64,000 bases of DNA. It comes from an uncultured Actinomycetaceae bacterium (GTDB lineage Bacteria; Actinomycetota; Actinomycetes; Actinomycetales; Actinomycetaceae). The stretch covers positions 2,060 through 66,059 of the forward strand of contig CBCPNB010000019.1 in NCBI GenBank assembly GCA_965120455.1, given 5' to 3'. Below, in pieces: positions 26,650-37,652 of the stretch. Numbering within the stretch: position 1 is the stretch's first letter; each line of letters begins with the position of its first letter. The notes below the pieces were generated by a model. The model saw nothing but the letters and a program-made list of their open reading frames with translations, was not told where the DNA came from and did not search any database. The position numbers were made by a program, and so were the translations under genes.

Positions 26650-29537
26650 TGGCACGAAATTCGAAGGGAAAGGTTCCAAAGAATCCGGATTCTGCCAGGG
26701 CGCGAAAAACCAAGGGAACTGGGACTGGAGCAACAAAGAAGACGGCTGAGGGGGGTAAAAAAACTAATCAGAGTCCAACTAGTTCTAGTTCTAGCCAGCA
26801 GAGTCAACCTGGGTCACAGAAGGGGTCTGCGTATTTATTGGCAAATTTTTTTGGAACTGATGCCAGAGCCCAAATATATCGGGATGCTTTGGCATTTATT
26901 TTGTTGGCAATTGCCATCATTGTGGCTTTGCGCGAGTGGTTTGGCATTTCGGGCATAGCAGGCAGCGCCATCCACCATAGTGTTACTGCCGTGGTGGGTA
27001 TTTACTCGATTTTTGTGCCCTTTGCTTGCATGGTGGCAGCCATTATGTTGTTTCTAGCTCGCCACAATTCTACTTCTTTGCCCTACCACGTGGGTGGAGG
27101 AATTGGGCTAGTCTTTAGTTTTACCGGTTTGGCACAGGTTTTTCGCGGTAATCCTAGTTTTTTGCCATTTGTGGAAGTTGAAAAAGCGGGGGGAGTTCTT
27201 GGTTGGATTCTGGGCTATCCTCTGACTGCGTTGCTCTCTGCCTGGGGAGCAGGAATTCTGCTGATTTTGTTGATGATTTATTCGCTGTGTGTGGTGACTA
27301 AAACTCCGGTGCGTGAGTTGCCTAAAAAGTTGCATAGCTTGAGCAATACCAGCAAAGCCGCTAAGGCTAAGTCCGTAAATGGTGATACAAAGGCAATAGA
27401 TGAGACACAAACCCAGGCATTGGGTGCTAGTGCAGAGGGAATGGCCACCAGTGAAGATGCGTGGCTGCAAGAAAATTACGCTGATTACGAGTCCAAAGAA
27501 GCCGATGAACAAAAACAGGATAGCTTTGCTGGTGATGACTATTTTGATGGTGATAGCTATCCGGGGGAAAAAGATGCATTTGCCGATGCACAGACTCTCC
27601 TTCTGGCTCCCGAATTTTTGACGACTGGAGACACTGTAGCACCCACGCAAGTGTTGAGGGTGGTGAATGAGGAAGACGCCACCGCCAGAGTGCCTACAGG
27701 GAGTTCTTCCCCAGGTAGCACAAAAGCTACGGATAATGCCACTTTGGTGGATAACCCGCAGGCGAGTGTGGAGCCAGAGCCTTTGCGAGACGGCACGCAG
27801 ATTGCACCCTACAATTTGCCAGCAGCCGACTTGTTGACTGTAGGGGGCCAGCACGCCACGCGTACGGCCGCTAACGATCGAGTGGTTGAGTCTTTGCAAA
27901 AAGTGTTGGACGAGTTCAACGTCAACGCCAAGGTGACCGGGTTTTCGCGTGGGCCAACGGTGACTCGCTACGAGGTGACTTTGGGAGCGGGGGTCAAAGT
28001 AGAGCGGATTACTGCCCTTTCCAAAAATATTGCTTACGCGGTGGCCAGTGCAGATGTGCGAATTTTATCTCCCATTCCCGGCAAGAGTGCAATTGGCGTG
28101 GAAATTCCTAACACTGACCGGGAAAATGTGGTTTTGGGGGATGTTTTGCGTTCTCCAGCAGCACTAGCGGATGCGCATCCTTTGCTGGTGGGGGTCGGCA
28201 AAGACGTCGAGGGCGGCTATGTGGTTACGAATTTAGCTCGAACTCCGCACTTGTTGGTGGCGGGACAAACCGGCTCGGGTAAGTCGAGTTTTATCAACTC
28301 GATGATTGTCTCCATTTTGATGCGGGCTACTCCACAGCAGGTAAAACTGGTTTTAGTGGATCCAAAACGGGTGGAACTTACCATTTACGATGGGATCCCG
28401 CATTTAGTTACGCCAATTATTACTGATCCAAAGAAAGCGGCAGAAGCTTTGGAGTGGGTGGTGCGGGAAATGGACGCCCGTTACGACGATTTGGCAAACT
28501 ACGGATTCAAACACATCGACGATTTCAACAAGGCAATTTTAGCTGGCACGGTGCAGCCTCCGGCGGGATCTAAACGGGTTTTGCGTCCTTATCCTTATTT
28601 GTTAGTGGTAGTTGACGAGTTAGCTGACATGATGATGGTGGCTCCCCGCGACGTGGAGGCCTCAGTGCAGCGAATTACGCAGTTGGCGCGGGCAGCGGGA
28701 ATTCACTTGGTTTTAGCTACTCAGCGTCCATCAGTTGACGTGGTGACGGGGCTCATCAAGGCAAATATTCCTTCGCGTTTGGCTTTTGCCACGTCGTCTT
28801 TGGCGGATTCGCGGGTGATTTTGGATCAATCTGGTGCCGAAAAGCTAATCGGCAAGGGGGATTCACTGTATTTGCCAGCGGGCGCGGCTAAACCGGTGCG
28901 CGTCCAGGGCGCTTGGGTTGACGAAGAGGAGATTCAGCGCGTGGTGGAGCATGCGCGAAACCAGATGAGGCCGGTGTATCGCGACGACGTGTTGGCGGCT
29001 CCAAAAACAGCGAAGGTGGCAGAGGACATTGGGGCTGATTTAGAGGATTTGTTGGCTGCCGCCGAGCTGGTGGTTTCTACTCAATTGGGTTCCACTTCGA
29101 TGCTGCAACGCAAGCTGCGCGTGGGTTTTGCTCGGGCTGGCCGGTTGATGGATTTGTTGGAGTCCCGCGAAATTGTGAGTCCCTCGAAGGGATCTAAGGC
29201 ACGTGATGTGTTGGTCCCTCCCGAGGAGTTGCCTAGCGTGTTGGCTCTGTTGCGCGGGGAGACTGATTCTTTGGCTGGTCGCAGTGAGGCGAATCTAGCT
29301 GGTCAGGGTGTAAGTGGCGCTGTTTCGGCTGAGGGTAGAGGGGGTTCGCCCCAGGCAGCAGCGACAGTATCCGGAGTTCCTGCTCCTGGTGTTATTCCTG
29401 TCTCTGGTTCTATGTTTAGTGGAGGTGAGGAGGTGACTACTCCAAATACCGGGATTGTAGCGGTAGGAGGAGAGTTTTCCTCGGACGGAGCGCAGACTGA
29501 GGTGGCCGGGCCCTCACCAGTCGATGATTTTCGGTAA
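26649..29537 (+). CDS. ftsK: DNA translocase FtsK
   Basis: It has N-terminal TM helices, a long linker, Walker A GQTGSGKSS, Walker B VVVDELADMM and the gamma-domain winged helix STSMLQRKLRVGFARAGRLMDLLE. ATG 26649 is preferred over the track start at 26538. Confidence 0.95.
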   Translation: MARNSKGKVPKNPDSARARKTKGTGTGATKKTAEGGKKTNQSPTSSSSSQQSQPGSQKGSAYLLANFFGTDARAQIYRDALAFILLAIAIIVALREWFGISGIAGSAIHHSVTAVVGIYSIFVPFACMVAAIMLFLARHNSTSLPYHVGGGIGLVFSFTGLAQVFRGNPSFLPFVEVEKAGGVLGWILGYPLTALLSAWGAGILLILLMIYSLCVVTKTPVRELPKKLHSLSNTSKAAKAKSVNGDTKAIDETQTQALGASAEGMATSEDAWLQENYADYESKEADEQKQDSFAGDDYFDGDSYPGEKDAFADAQTLLLAPEFLTTGDTVAPTQVLRVVNEEDATARVPTGSSSPGSTKATDNATLVDNPQASVEPEPLRDGTQIAPYNLPAADLLTVGGQHATRTAANDRVVESLQKVLDEFNVNAKVTGFSRGPTVTRYEVTLGAGVKVERITALSKNIAYAVASADVRILSPIPGKSAIGVEIPNTDRENVVLGDVLRSPAALADAHPLLVGVGKDVEGGYVVTNLARTPHLLVAGQTGSGKSSFINSMIVSILMRATPQQVKLVLVDPKRVELTIYDGIPHLVTPIITDPKKAAEALEWVVREMDARYDDLANYGFKHIDDFNKAILAGTVQPPAGSKRVLRPYPYLLVVVDELADMMMVAPRDVEASVQRITQLARAAGIHLVLATQRPSVDVVTGLIKANIPSRLAFATSSLADSRVILDQSGAEKLIGKGDSLYLPAGAAKPVRVQGAWVDEEEIQRVVEHARNQMRPVYRDDVLAAPKTAKVAEDIGADLEDLLAAAELVVSTQLGSTSMLQRKLRVGFARAGRLMDLLESREIVSPSKGSKARDVLVPPEELPSVLALLRGETDSLAGRSEANLAGQGVSGAVSAEGRGGSPQAAATVSGVPAPGVIPVSGSMFSGGEEVTTPNTGIVAVGGEFSSDGAQTEVAGPSPVDDFR

Positions 29538-29698
29538 TGTTTAGTGTGACAGTACTTGTTCGACGATATTTATCCGCAGTAAATAACGGTTACGCGAACA
29601 AGCAATATTTCACTGCCTACAAGTGTTTTGACTAGAGGTTGGGCAGCAGAGTTGCTGATATTAACTGGTTTTACTGGTTTGAGTTTATGGAGGAATGG

Positions 29699-30289
29699 AT
29701 GAAGCCAGTTGCTAAACCCTCCAACCCTAACGTGAATTTGCCAAATGCTTTGACTGTGCTGCGTTTGGTGCTGGTGCCAGTGTTTATCTGGCTGATGTGC
29801 GTAGAGGGTGTGTTTTGGCGCTGGCTGGCGCTAGTGGTGTTTGTGGTTGCCTCTATTACCGATAATCTGGACGGGCGTTTGGCGCGATCCCGGAATTTGG
29901 TGACTGAATTTGGCATGTTGGCGGATCCGATTGCAGATAAAGCTTTGACTTTGGGAGCCTTCATTGTGTTGTCTGGGGAAGGCCTGTTGCCGTGGTGGTT
30001 TACGATTGTTGTGGCTGTGCGCGAGTTGGGGATTACGTTGCTGCGCGAAATTATGCGGCGTCGGGGACGAATAATTTCGGCGGGCAAAGGGGGGAAAGTA
30101 AAGACCGGTTTGCAAATTACTTTGATTATTTGGTTGTTGATTCCTTGGTTCCAAATGTTGCCGCAGTCGGGGGAGACCACGGTAACTGTGTTATCGTGGA
30201 GCCTGATTGTGATTGCATTCATACAAACTTTGGTTAGTGCTGTGCCATACTTGCGCAACGTGTATAAGTGGTACAAAACCCAGGGCTAG
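29699..30289 (+). CDS. pgsA: CDP-diacylglycerol--glycerol-3-phosphate 3-phosphatidyltransferase
   Basis: The CDP-alcohol phosphatidyltransferase motif is DNLDGRLAR...GMLADPIADK. GGAGGA lies 4 nt before ATG 29699. Confidence 0.9.
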   Translation: MKPVAKPSNPNVNLPNALTVLRLVLVPVFIWLMCVEGVFWRWLALVVFVVASITDNLDGRLARSRNLVTEFGMLADPIADKALTLGAFIVLSGEGLLPWWFTIVVAVRELGITLLREIMRRRGRIISAGKGGKVKTGLQITLIIWLLIPWFQMLPQSGETTVTVLSWSLIVIAFIQTLVSAVPYLRNVYKWYKTQG

Positions 30290-30691
30290 CTTTTGACGTT
30301 TAGATTGTCAGTTAGTTTTCAGATAGTGTTATTTTCCCTGTCAAGTGGTAATGTAATACTTAGCAATGAGGATGAGTCTACTCGACTCAACTCTGTGGTG
30401 GGGTTGAGTGCCGACCTGGATTTCAGGAGGGCTGTTGTGGAAAGGAATGAAAGCTTGATGGAAACTACCGCCGGTGGTACTTTGAGCGGTGTTTTGGCGC
30501 TGCATCCTGCAAAGAATCAGGGTGCGTTAGAACAGGATTTTGGTACGGCTATGGAGTTGTCTGGGAGGAACCAGGGGCTCCAGACGGTAGATACTAGTCG
30601 CTACGATGCTGATATGCAGGGGATTGAATACATTAACATTGTGGCCCAACAGATTGCCAAGTTTTTCTTTGACAATGATGCTCCAGAACAA

Positions 30692-30967
30692 ATGTTGCGC
30701 GTCCAATTGGGGGGCGTGCTGCGGGATTTGCGGGGAAACCAGGATCGCACACTCCGAAATGTAGCCGATAAAGCGGGAATTTCGCTGGGCTATTTATCCG
30801 AGATTGAGCGGGGGAAAAAGGAAGCTTCTTCCGAGCTGTTGAATGCGATTTGTGGTGCTTTGCGGGTGCCGTTGTTTTTGGTGCTCCAGGAAACTTCGAT
30901 GAGGATGGCGCGCGCTCAAAATAGTGCGGTGAATCCATCGCGGATGCCAAATTTGACGCGAAAATAG
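30692..30967 (+). CDS. clgR: ClgR-like XRE-family HTH transcriptional regulator (start uncertain; frame is open from 30293)
   Basis: TLRNVADKAGISLGYLSEIERGKKEASSELLNAICGALRVPL resembles actinobacterial ClgR. It occupies the same position as in mycobacteria, after pgsA and before recA. Confidence 0.7.
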   Translation: MLRVQLGGVLRDLRGNQDRTLRNVADKAGISLGYLSEIERGKKEASSELLNAICGALRVPLFLVLQETSMRMARAQNSAVNPSRMPNLTRK

Positions 30968-31016
30968 CCCGTTGGTAGGGGGGTAATCTTCTTTGCCATT
31001 CGGCGTGTCTTTTGCT

Positions 31017-31032
31017 TCGAACAAATGTTCGA
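31017..31032. promoter_or_regulatory. LexA (SOS) box upstream of recA
   Basis: TCGAACAAATGTTCGA is a perfect match to the actinobacterial/Gram-positive palindrome TCGAAC-N4-GTTCGA. It lies 187 nt upstream of the recA ATG. Confidence 0.8.
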
Positions 31033-31218
31033 CTAAGGTTTTCTACAGGTAGAACTTTGTAGAGTTTTCCACAGGCTGGAAAGACTACTGCTGGATGTGG
31101 ACGTCTAGAGCGTCCTATAGTTGCTGGCAAATCTTAGAGAGGGATGGCGCGTAGACCAAATATTGTTGGTCTAATAAGAGGCCAGGGCGGCTGCCCTTGA
31201 ACAGAAAGATGTGCTCAC

Positions 31219-32340
31219 ATGGTGAAAGAAAAAACTGGCGTCGGCGTGGTGGAGGATCGAGCGAAAGCTTTGAGCATGGCCATGCAGCAAATTGACAAGC
31301 AATTTGGCAAAGGCTCGATCATGCGTTTGGGGGATCAAACGCACCAGCCGGTGAAAGTGATTCCAACTGGTTCTTTGGCTCTGGATATTGCTCTGGGAGT
31401 TGGGGGATTGCCGCGCGGTCGAATTGTGGAAGTTTATGGCCCGGAGTCCTCTGGAAAGACGACGGTGGCTTTGCACGTGGTGGCGAATGCGCAAAAAGCT
31501 GGCGGCAACGCGGCGTTTATCGACGCCGAGCACGCTTTAGATCCTGACTACGCTAAGGCTTTAGGCGTGGATGTGGATAATTTGTTGGTGGCGCAACCAG
31601 ATACGGGGGAACAAGCGCTAGAAATTGCGGATATGCTAGTTCGCTCGGGGGGCGTGGACTTAATTGTGGTTGACTCCGTGGCGGCTTTGGTGCCTAAGGC
31701 CGAAATTGAAGGTGATATGGGTGATTCGCACATGGGGTTGCAAGCGCGTTTGATGAGTCAGGCGCTGCGAAAAATGACTGGGGCCTTGTCTGCTACTGGC
31801 ACTACTGCGATTTTTATCAATCAATTGCGTGAAAAAATTGGAGTTTTTTTTGGCAACCCGGAAACTACGACGGGTGGGAAGGCTCTGAAATTTTATGCCT
31901 CGGTGCGCATCGATATTCGCCGGATTGAGGGGCTAAAGAGTGGTGGCGAAAACGTGGGGAATCGGACTCGCGCAAAAATCGTGAAAAATAAGATGGCTCC
32001 ACCATTTAAACAGGCTGAATTTGACATTATTTTTGGTGAGGGAATCTCTCGGGAGAGTTCCTTGCTGGATATGGGCGTGCAAACCGAGGTGGTGAAAAAG
32101 TCCGGCGCTTGGTTCACCTATGGTAGCGATCAATTGGGGCAAGGAAAGGAAAAAGCCAGGCAATTCTTGGTTGACAACCCCGAATTATCTGCGGAAATCG
32201 AGGCTAAAATTTTGGCAGCAGTGGGAATCGGCGAGGAAGTAGTGGAAGCAGAACCTATCCAGCCAGTTGATAGTGTTAGAAGCGCTAGTGCCAAGAGTGG
32301 TAAAGGTAAGTTAGATAAACCCGAGGACGCGGGCTTTTAA
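31219..32340 (+). CDS. recA: Recombinase RecA
   Basis: [22 protein letters not shown] and Walker [10 protein letters not shown] are present. There is no intein. It is 373 aa long. Confidence 0.98.
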   Translation: MVKEKTGVGVVEDRAKALSMAMQQIDKQFGKGSIMRLGDQTHQPVKVIPTGSLALDIALGVGGLPRGRIVEVYGPESSGKTTVALHVVANAQKAGGNAAFIDAEHALDPDYAKALGVDVDNLLVAQPDTGEQALEIADMLVRSGGVDLIVVDSVAALVPKAEIEGDMGDSHMGLQARLMSQALRKMTGALSATGTTAIFINQLREKIGVFFGNPETTTGGKALKFYASVRIDIRRIEGLKSGGENVGNRTRAKIVKNKMAPPFKQAEFDIIFGEGISRESSLLDMGVQTEVVKKSGAWFTYGSDQLGQGKEKARQFLVDNPELSAEIEAKILAAVGIGEEVVEAEPIQPVDSVRSASAKSGKGKLDKPEDAGF

Positions 32341-32975
32341 TGTCGCTAGAACGGCTAGATTCAGTATCACCAGATCTGTCAGCAGACTGGGATGGCGGAG
32401 TTTTTGGTCAAGACAGGCAAGGTAAAAGCCGCTACAGCTGTCAAAAGCACAGAAGACAGGCCAATTGTGGGGATTTACCGGTTGAACAGGCAGAGTTAAA
32501 AGCTTTGGACTGTGCGCTGCGAATTTTGGGGAGGCGAGCGCATTCTCAAGCTGAAGTGAGACAAAAATTGAAGCAGCGCGGATTTAGTCCGCAGGTAGTT
32601 GCCTCGGTGGCGCAACGAGTAGTCCAGCTAGGATATGTGGACGACTTGCAATTTGCTAAAGACTATGTGCGCTTGCGGGGGAGCTCTTTAGGGGTGCGGC
32701 GGCTAAAAAACGAGTTGACCGCCAAAGGGGTATCTAACGAAATCCAGCTACAAGTTTTAGACACGGGGGATAATCTAGCTGAATGGCAAAAAGCTTTGCA
32801 GCTGGCGAAACGCAAACTGGCTGCCAGCACAGATTTGCCGCGTGAAACCAGGGAGAGAAGGGCGCTGGGATTTTTAGTGCGCAGGGGCTTTGGAACTAGT
32901 TTGTCTGTTCGCGCAATTCGAACTGTACTAGCTGAGGAAAACGATCTTCTGGGAGATACGTTTGGGGGCGAATAA
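32340..32975 (+). CDS. recX: Recombination regulator RecX
   Basis: It follows recA with a TAATG overlap. It shows the helical-repeat pattern (ALRILGRRAHSQAEVRQKLKQRGF). Confidence 0.88.
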   Translation: MSLERLDSVSPDLSADWDGGVFGQDRQGKSRYSCQKHRRQANCGDLPVEQAELKALDCALRILGRRAHSQAEVRQKLKQRGFSPQVVASVAQRVVQLGYVDDLQFAKDYVRLRGSSLGVRRLKNELTAKGVSNEIQLQVLDTGDNLAEWQKALQLAKRKLAASTDLPRETRERRALGFLVRRGFGTSLSVRAIRTVLAEENDLLGDTFGGE

Positions 32976-32988
32976 TGGGAGTTGAAAC

Positions 32989-33495
32989 ATGGAGCAAAAG
33001 CTCAAGTCAGGCATAGAACAATTAGCCCAGACAGCATTGTCTTTATTGGAGAAAAGAAAGCTAACCTTAGCAGTTGGTGAATCTTTGACCGGGGGTCTGG
33101 TTTGTGCTCACCTAGTTTCAATTCCTGGTGCCTCCGCTGTGCTGCGCGGCGGGGTAGTTGCCTACAATGCGCAAATAAAATGCGACGTGTTGGGAGTATC
33201 ATCAGAAGTGATTGCCCAAGATGGCACAGTCAATCCTCAAGTGGCAACGCAAATGGCTAAAGGAGTACAAAAGAAGTTGACAGCCGATGTTGGCCTGGCC
33301 ACAACTGGGGTGGCGGGGCCGGGTTCTACCGAAGGCAAACCACCGGGGACAGTTTACGTAGCGATCGCTATAAATGGTTCTACTACTTGGAAAAAACTGG
33401 AACTAGCGGGTAGTCGCCAGGAAATAAGAGAACAAACAGTGAGCGCAGTCTTACAGCTTTTGATCACTTGGTTGGAAAAATCAACTTTAAGCTAG
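32989..33495 (+). CDS. CinA C-terminal domain protein / nicotinamide-nucleotide amidohydrolase PncC-like
   Basis: TLAVGESLTGGLV...GGVVAYN...TGVAGPG is typical of the CinA C-terminal domain. Confidence 0.85.
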   Translation: MEQKLKSGIEQLAQTALSLLEKRKLTLAVGESLTGGLVCAHLVSIPGASAVLRGGVVAYNAQIKCDVLGVSSEVIAQDGTVNPQVATQMAKGVQKKLTADVGLATTGVAGPGSTEGKPPGTVYVAIAINGSTTWKKLELAGSRQEIREQTVSAVLQLLITWLEKSTLS

Positions 33496-33542
33496 GCAGA
33501 TAAAAAACTAAACTGGGCTGGGATGGAGAGCCAGGATCTGTA

Positions 33543-35138
33543 ATGAAGACAAACACTAACATAAACAGCAATACTCGCACTGACAATCGTTACCAAAATG
33601 ACACACTTGTCAATACAAATGTTTTACCACGTACATACACTGTTCGTACATTAGGGTGTCAGATGAATCAGCATGACTCGGAGAGAATCTCGGGTTTGCT
33701 GGAGGCAAATGGTTGGGTCAACGTTGAAAAAGTGCCAGAAAAGCAGGCGCGCGCCACTTCCGCTGGTGACATGGGGGCGGATGTAATCGTCATCAACACC
33801 TGTTCGGTGCGCGAGAATGCGGCAACTCGTTTATTTGGCAACTTGGGACAGTTAGCGGCGGTGAAAAAAGAGCGCCCTGGTATGCAAATTGTTGTCGGTG
33901 GTTGTCTAGCTCAGCAAATGCGCAAAGGGATTGTGGAGAAAGCACCGTGGGTGGATGCAGTATTTGGCACCCACAATATCGACGTGTTGCCAGCTTTACT
34001 GCGCAGAGCCGAGCACAATCGTGAAGCAGCGATTGAAATTGAAGACTCGCTGAAAACTTTCCCTTCCACTTTGCCCACTAAACGAGAATCGGTGTACGCG
34101 GCCTGGGTGTCAATTTCGGTGGGTTGTAACAACACCTGTACGTTTTGTATTGTGCCTTCCTTGCGGGGCCGGGAAAGGGATCGCCGTCCGGGAGAAATCC
34201 TGGAGGAAATCAATGCAGTGGTTTCCGAGGGCGCTATCGAAGTCACTCTATTAGGTCAAAACGTGAACTCCTATGGGGTTAGTTTTGGCGAGCGCGGTGC
34301 TTTCGCTCAACTCTTGCGCGCGGTCGGCCAGGTTGAGGGCTTGGAGCGAGTGCGGTTTACTTCCCCGCATCCGGCTGCTTTTTCTCAGGACGTTATCGAG
34401 GCGATGGCGGAAACTCCCACGGTAATGCCCAGTTTGCACATGCCACTGCAGTCGGGTTCTGACAAGGTGTTGCGGGAAATGCGCCGTTCCTATCGGCGCA
34501 AACGTTTCGCGGATATTTTGCAGCGAGTCCGGCAGGCTATCCCCAAGGCGGCGATTACCACTGACATTATCGTGGGATTTCCAGGGGAAACTGAAGCGGA
34601 TTTTCAACAGACTCTGGAGATGGTTGAAGAATGCAGATTCGCTTCAGCTTTCACGTTCCTTTATTCTCCGCGTCCTGGTACACCTGCGGCCACGCGCTCT
34701 GATTTAATTCCGGCAGAAGTAGCCAAAGACAGATATCAGCGGCTAGTCGCTTTGCAGGAGCAAATTTCCACTGAGGAAAACCAAAAATTGGTGGGCAGTG
34801 TCGTCGAGGTTTTGGTGGCTGAAGGAGAGGGGCGCAAGGATGAGAATACTTTGCGAATCTCTGGTCGGGCCGCCGATAACCGGCTGGTACACGTGGCTTT
34901 ACCCGAGAAAATGGCGACAGGCGTCCGGGCTCTGCGTCCGGGCGACCTCGTGGAAGCTAGAGTCACTTACGGTGCGCCACACTATTTGTTGGCTGACTCT
35001 GGAGCTCAAGGCGGTTTGTTCAAAGTGAGGCAGACTCGGGCAGGGGATGTGTGGCAGGCAGGACAAGAGAGCAAAACTGCTGAATCTGAAAATCGTGTTT
35101 CTTTGGGACTTCCAACACTAAAGATTGCCAAACTCTAG
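33543..35138 (+). CDS. miaB: tRNA-2-methylthio-N6-dimethylallyladenosine synthase MiaB
   Basis: UPF0004 N-domain cysteines are present ([20 protein letters not shown]). The radical-SAM motif is [17 protein letters not shown] domain lies at the C-terminus. Confidence 0.95.
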   Translation: MKTNTNINSNTRTDNRYQNDTLVNTNVLPRTYTVRTLGCQMNQHDSERISGLLEANGWVNVEKVPEKQARATSAGDMGADVIVINTCSVRENAATRLFGNLGQLAAVKKERPGMQIVVGGCLAQQMRKGIVEKAPWVDAVFGTHNIDVLPALLRRAEHNREAAIEIEDSLKTFPSTLPTKRESVYAAWVSISVGCNNTCTFCIVPSLRGRERDRRPGEILEEINAVVSEGAIEVTLLGQNVNSYGVSFGERGAFAQLLRAVGQVEGLERVRFTSPHPAAFSQDVIEAMAETPTVMPSLHMPLQSGSDKVLREMRRSYRRKRFADILQRVRQAIPKAAITTDIIVGFPGETEADFQQTLEMVEECRFASAFTFLYSPRPGTPAATRSDLIPAEVAKDRYQRLVALQEQISTEENQKLVGSVVEVLVAEGEGRKDENTLRISGRAADNRLVHVALPEKMATGVRALRPGDLVEARVTYGAPHYLLADSGAQGGLFKVRQTRAGDVWQAGQESKTAESENRVSLGLPTLKIAKL

Positions 35139-35349
35139 CAGTTTTTCTCTCAACTAAACACTGCGGAGCGCACAGTTTTGTTGCAAAGGTCTGGTTTGAC
35201 AACGTAGCTTCGAAGCGTGTGTAGCTCTGCAAGTGCATTGCGTTCTAGCCTTTTTGCACTGAAGTTTGTAGTTGGTTTTGCAACCAAGCCAGTGGCTCGG
35301 CGACTACTGCAAAACGGTTAGTTCTCTAACTGAACTGGTTTCGCCAATA

Positions 35350-36336
35350 CTAGTTCTTTCGAATTAGCGAGGCCATACCGAGGACTGCGGCAAAGAGAAC
35401 ACCGGCACAAGGCCAGATGATCCATGTGCGATGCCAGTCATAGGTCAGAAAACTCCATCCCAAATAAATGGCTGTGACTGAACACCAATAAATGTAAGAA
35501 AGTACTTCATTGCGTTTATTTTCGTACTTTGCCTGGCGAGTGTAGTTGCCTTCTTCTAATAAGTGTTGGAAGCTTTCAAAGATGATGCTGGTTCGCACGA
35601 GAAAGAAAACACCCAAAGCAACTAGAGCCAAGCAAATATCCACTCCAATGATTGTGGACATTCCTTCTTCGTTGATGATGGCGGCGATAACGATGGGAAT
35701 CCAACAGATGATACACAAACCTACGCCAAAGGCTAAAGTTATTCCGTGGGTAGATTTATAAGCTCCCTTTAGTTTTTTTACGACTCCTTCCACACCGTAG
35801 GAAAGTTCAATGGGTTCTTTTTCGATATATTCATATGGCTCCAGACGATTTCCAAAAATGATAAATAATGCCACTGCAAAAGCAATCAGGATGGCTAGGA
35901 TCGACAATCCGACGCCAGCTGCAGCTGACTCAGAAATTGCCCGATTTCCTGCGCTGCTGGCCAGGCCACCTAAGTAAATCACTGCGATGGGGGACAATAT
36001 ACATAGGGATACGCCGAAAGCAATTTTGCTGGCCACGGAGCGAACAGTACCCAAATAGGCGTTCGCTTCCTCTAAGGAAACGGTGAAGATTGGCTCTGTA
36101 TACAGCAAGTCATCTACTTCTTCTTGAATTTGTGGTTCCAAGGAATCTTTCAATAGATAGTCGGTACTGACGTTAAAGATATTGCTGAGGCGGATAATTT
36201 TATCTAAGTCAGGAATAGAGGCAGCGCTCTCCCATTTGGAGATGGATTGTCTGGATACGCCTAGCTGACGAGCGAGTTCTTCTTGGGACCATCCATTCTT
36301 TTTTCTCAAATTGACGATTTTATCTGCCAGAATCAT
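35350..36336 (-). CDS. Membrane-tethered XRE-family HTH regulator (N-terminal HTH plus ~6 TM helices)
   Basis: The HTH is [45 protein letters not shown]. About six hydrophobic helices follow. AGAGGAGAAA lies upstream of the ATG. The gene is visibly AT-richer than its neighbours. Confidence 0.8.
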   Translation of the reverse strand: MILADKIVNLRKKNGWSQEELARQLGVSRQSISKWESAASIPDLDKIIRLSNIFNVSTDYLLKDSLEPQIQEEVDDLLYTEPIFTVSLEEANAYLGTVRSVASKIAFGVSLCILSPIAVIYLGGLASSAGNRAISESAAAGVGLSILAILIAFAVALFIIFGNRLEPYEYIEKEPIELSYGVEGVVKKLKGAYKSTHGITLAFGVGLCIICWIPIVIAAIINEEGMSTIIGVDICLALVALGVFFLVRTSIIFESFQHLLEEGNYTRQAKYENKRNEVLSYIYWCSVTAIYLGWSFLTYDWHRTWIIWPCAGVLFAAVLGMASLIRKN

Positions 36337-36710
36337 GCTGCTTTTTCTCCTCTAAGCATCGCTAGGTGTTATCTGTAGTTTGCCTTCACAAAAACTGGAT
36401 CTGTTTTTTGTAAGCCCATCTATTGCAGCAAATCTCTTGGTTGCTAGCCACCAAGTTTGCCTTGAACTTTGTCAATTGTTGGTTGCTAAGACTTGTTTCA
36501 ACTTTACAAAGTAGGAGCTTATCGGTAGCAAAGCACTGTTCTGCTCGATCCTAGGGGAGATCTAGAGCATACTTTTTGGGGTGGCAAACAATTTTGTTGG
36601 TAGATGCTGCTTCCGCACTATGATGTAGCCAGTGTTTTGAGTGCACCGTCAGTCAGGGAAGACTAGTCGGAAATGCTAGAGGGTAAGCTAGATAAATCAA
36701 AGAGGAGAGG

Positions 36711-37652
36711 TTGCCTAAAAATAGTGAGAGCAAAGCATTGATAGTCGCAATTTGTGGTCCAACTGCGTCAGGGAAATCTGACCTGGGGTTGGCATTGGCC
36801 AATCGTTTGGGTGGTACAGATCGGGCAGCAATTGTGGGTGCCGACGCGATGCAGCTGTATCGGGGCATGGATATTGGGACAGCGAAAACTCCCGTGGAAC
36901 TGCGCCAAGGGATTTTGCACTTGCAAGTCGACCAACTGCAGGTGTGGCAAGAAGCCTCTGTTGCTGCCTACCAAAAATGTGCGCGCCAAGACGTCTCCCA
37001 ATTGCAAAACTCTGGCCTCCAACCAGTAATCGTGGGTGGCTCGGGTCTGTACTTGAGAGCCCTGCTGGACCATTTTGAATTTCCCCCGACCAAAAGTGAG
37101 GTGCGCGCAGCCCTAGAACAACGAGTACAAACTTGCGGAATCACCCACCTATACGAGCAGTTAACCAAACTCGATCCTCTGGCTGCTGAGCGGATTCACC
37201 CCCACAATCAGCGCAGAATTATTCGCGCCCTGGAAGTAATCGAGTTAACCGGCCGACCTTTTAGCGCCACTTTGCCCAGAAACGAATATGTTCAGCCAAC
37301 CGTGCAAATTGGCATCATGTTGGATTTAGAGCAATTGGATCAACGAATTCTTCACCGAACCAGGCAAATGTTTGCCCAGGGATTAGTTGAGGAAACCCGA
37401 GAATTATTGACGCAAGGACTAAAAGAGAGCAAAACTGCTTCTAGAGCCACAGGATATGCGCAAGCAATCAGTGTCATTGAAGGCAAGATCGGCAGGGCAG
37501 AAGCCATTGAAGCGGTTGCCCTAGCCACCAAACAATTATCGCGCAGACAAATCAAGTGGTTCAGGAGGGACTCGCGGATCCACTGGCTGCAATCCGCTGA
37601 CCTAGAGCAGGCGGTGAGGATTCTCCGTGCGCAAGGAGTTGACGTCGAATAA
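36711..37652 (+). CDS. miaA: tRNA dimethylallyltransferase MiaA
   Basis: The P-loop is ICGPTASGKS and MDIGTAK is present. The start is TTG after AGAGGAGAGG. Confidence 0.95.
   Translation: MPKNSESKALIVAICGPTASGKSDLGLALANRLGGTDRAAIVGADAMQLYRGMDIGTAKTPVELRQGILHLQVDQLQVWQEASVAAYQKCARQDVSQLQNSGLQPVIVGGSGLYLRALLDHFEFPPTKSEVRAALEQRVQTCGITHLYEQLTKLDPLAAERIHPHNQRRIIRALEVIELTGRPFSATLPRNEYVQPTVQIGIMLDLEQLDQRILHRTRQMFAQGLVEETRELLTQGLKESKTASRATGYAQAISVIEGKIGRAEAIEAVALATKQLSRRQIKWFRRDSRIHWLQSADLEQAVRILRAQGVDVE

Noticed and set aside
27108-27899. 263-aa antisense ORF within ftsK, and the similar antisense ORF 29671-30276 within pgsA.
   Set aside because: The sense-strand genes carry clear catalytic motifs. 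The antisense products are compositionally odd and motif-free.
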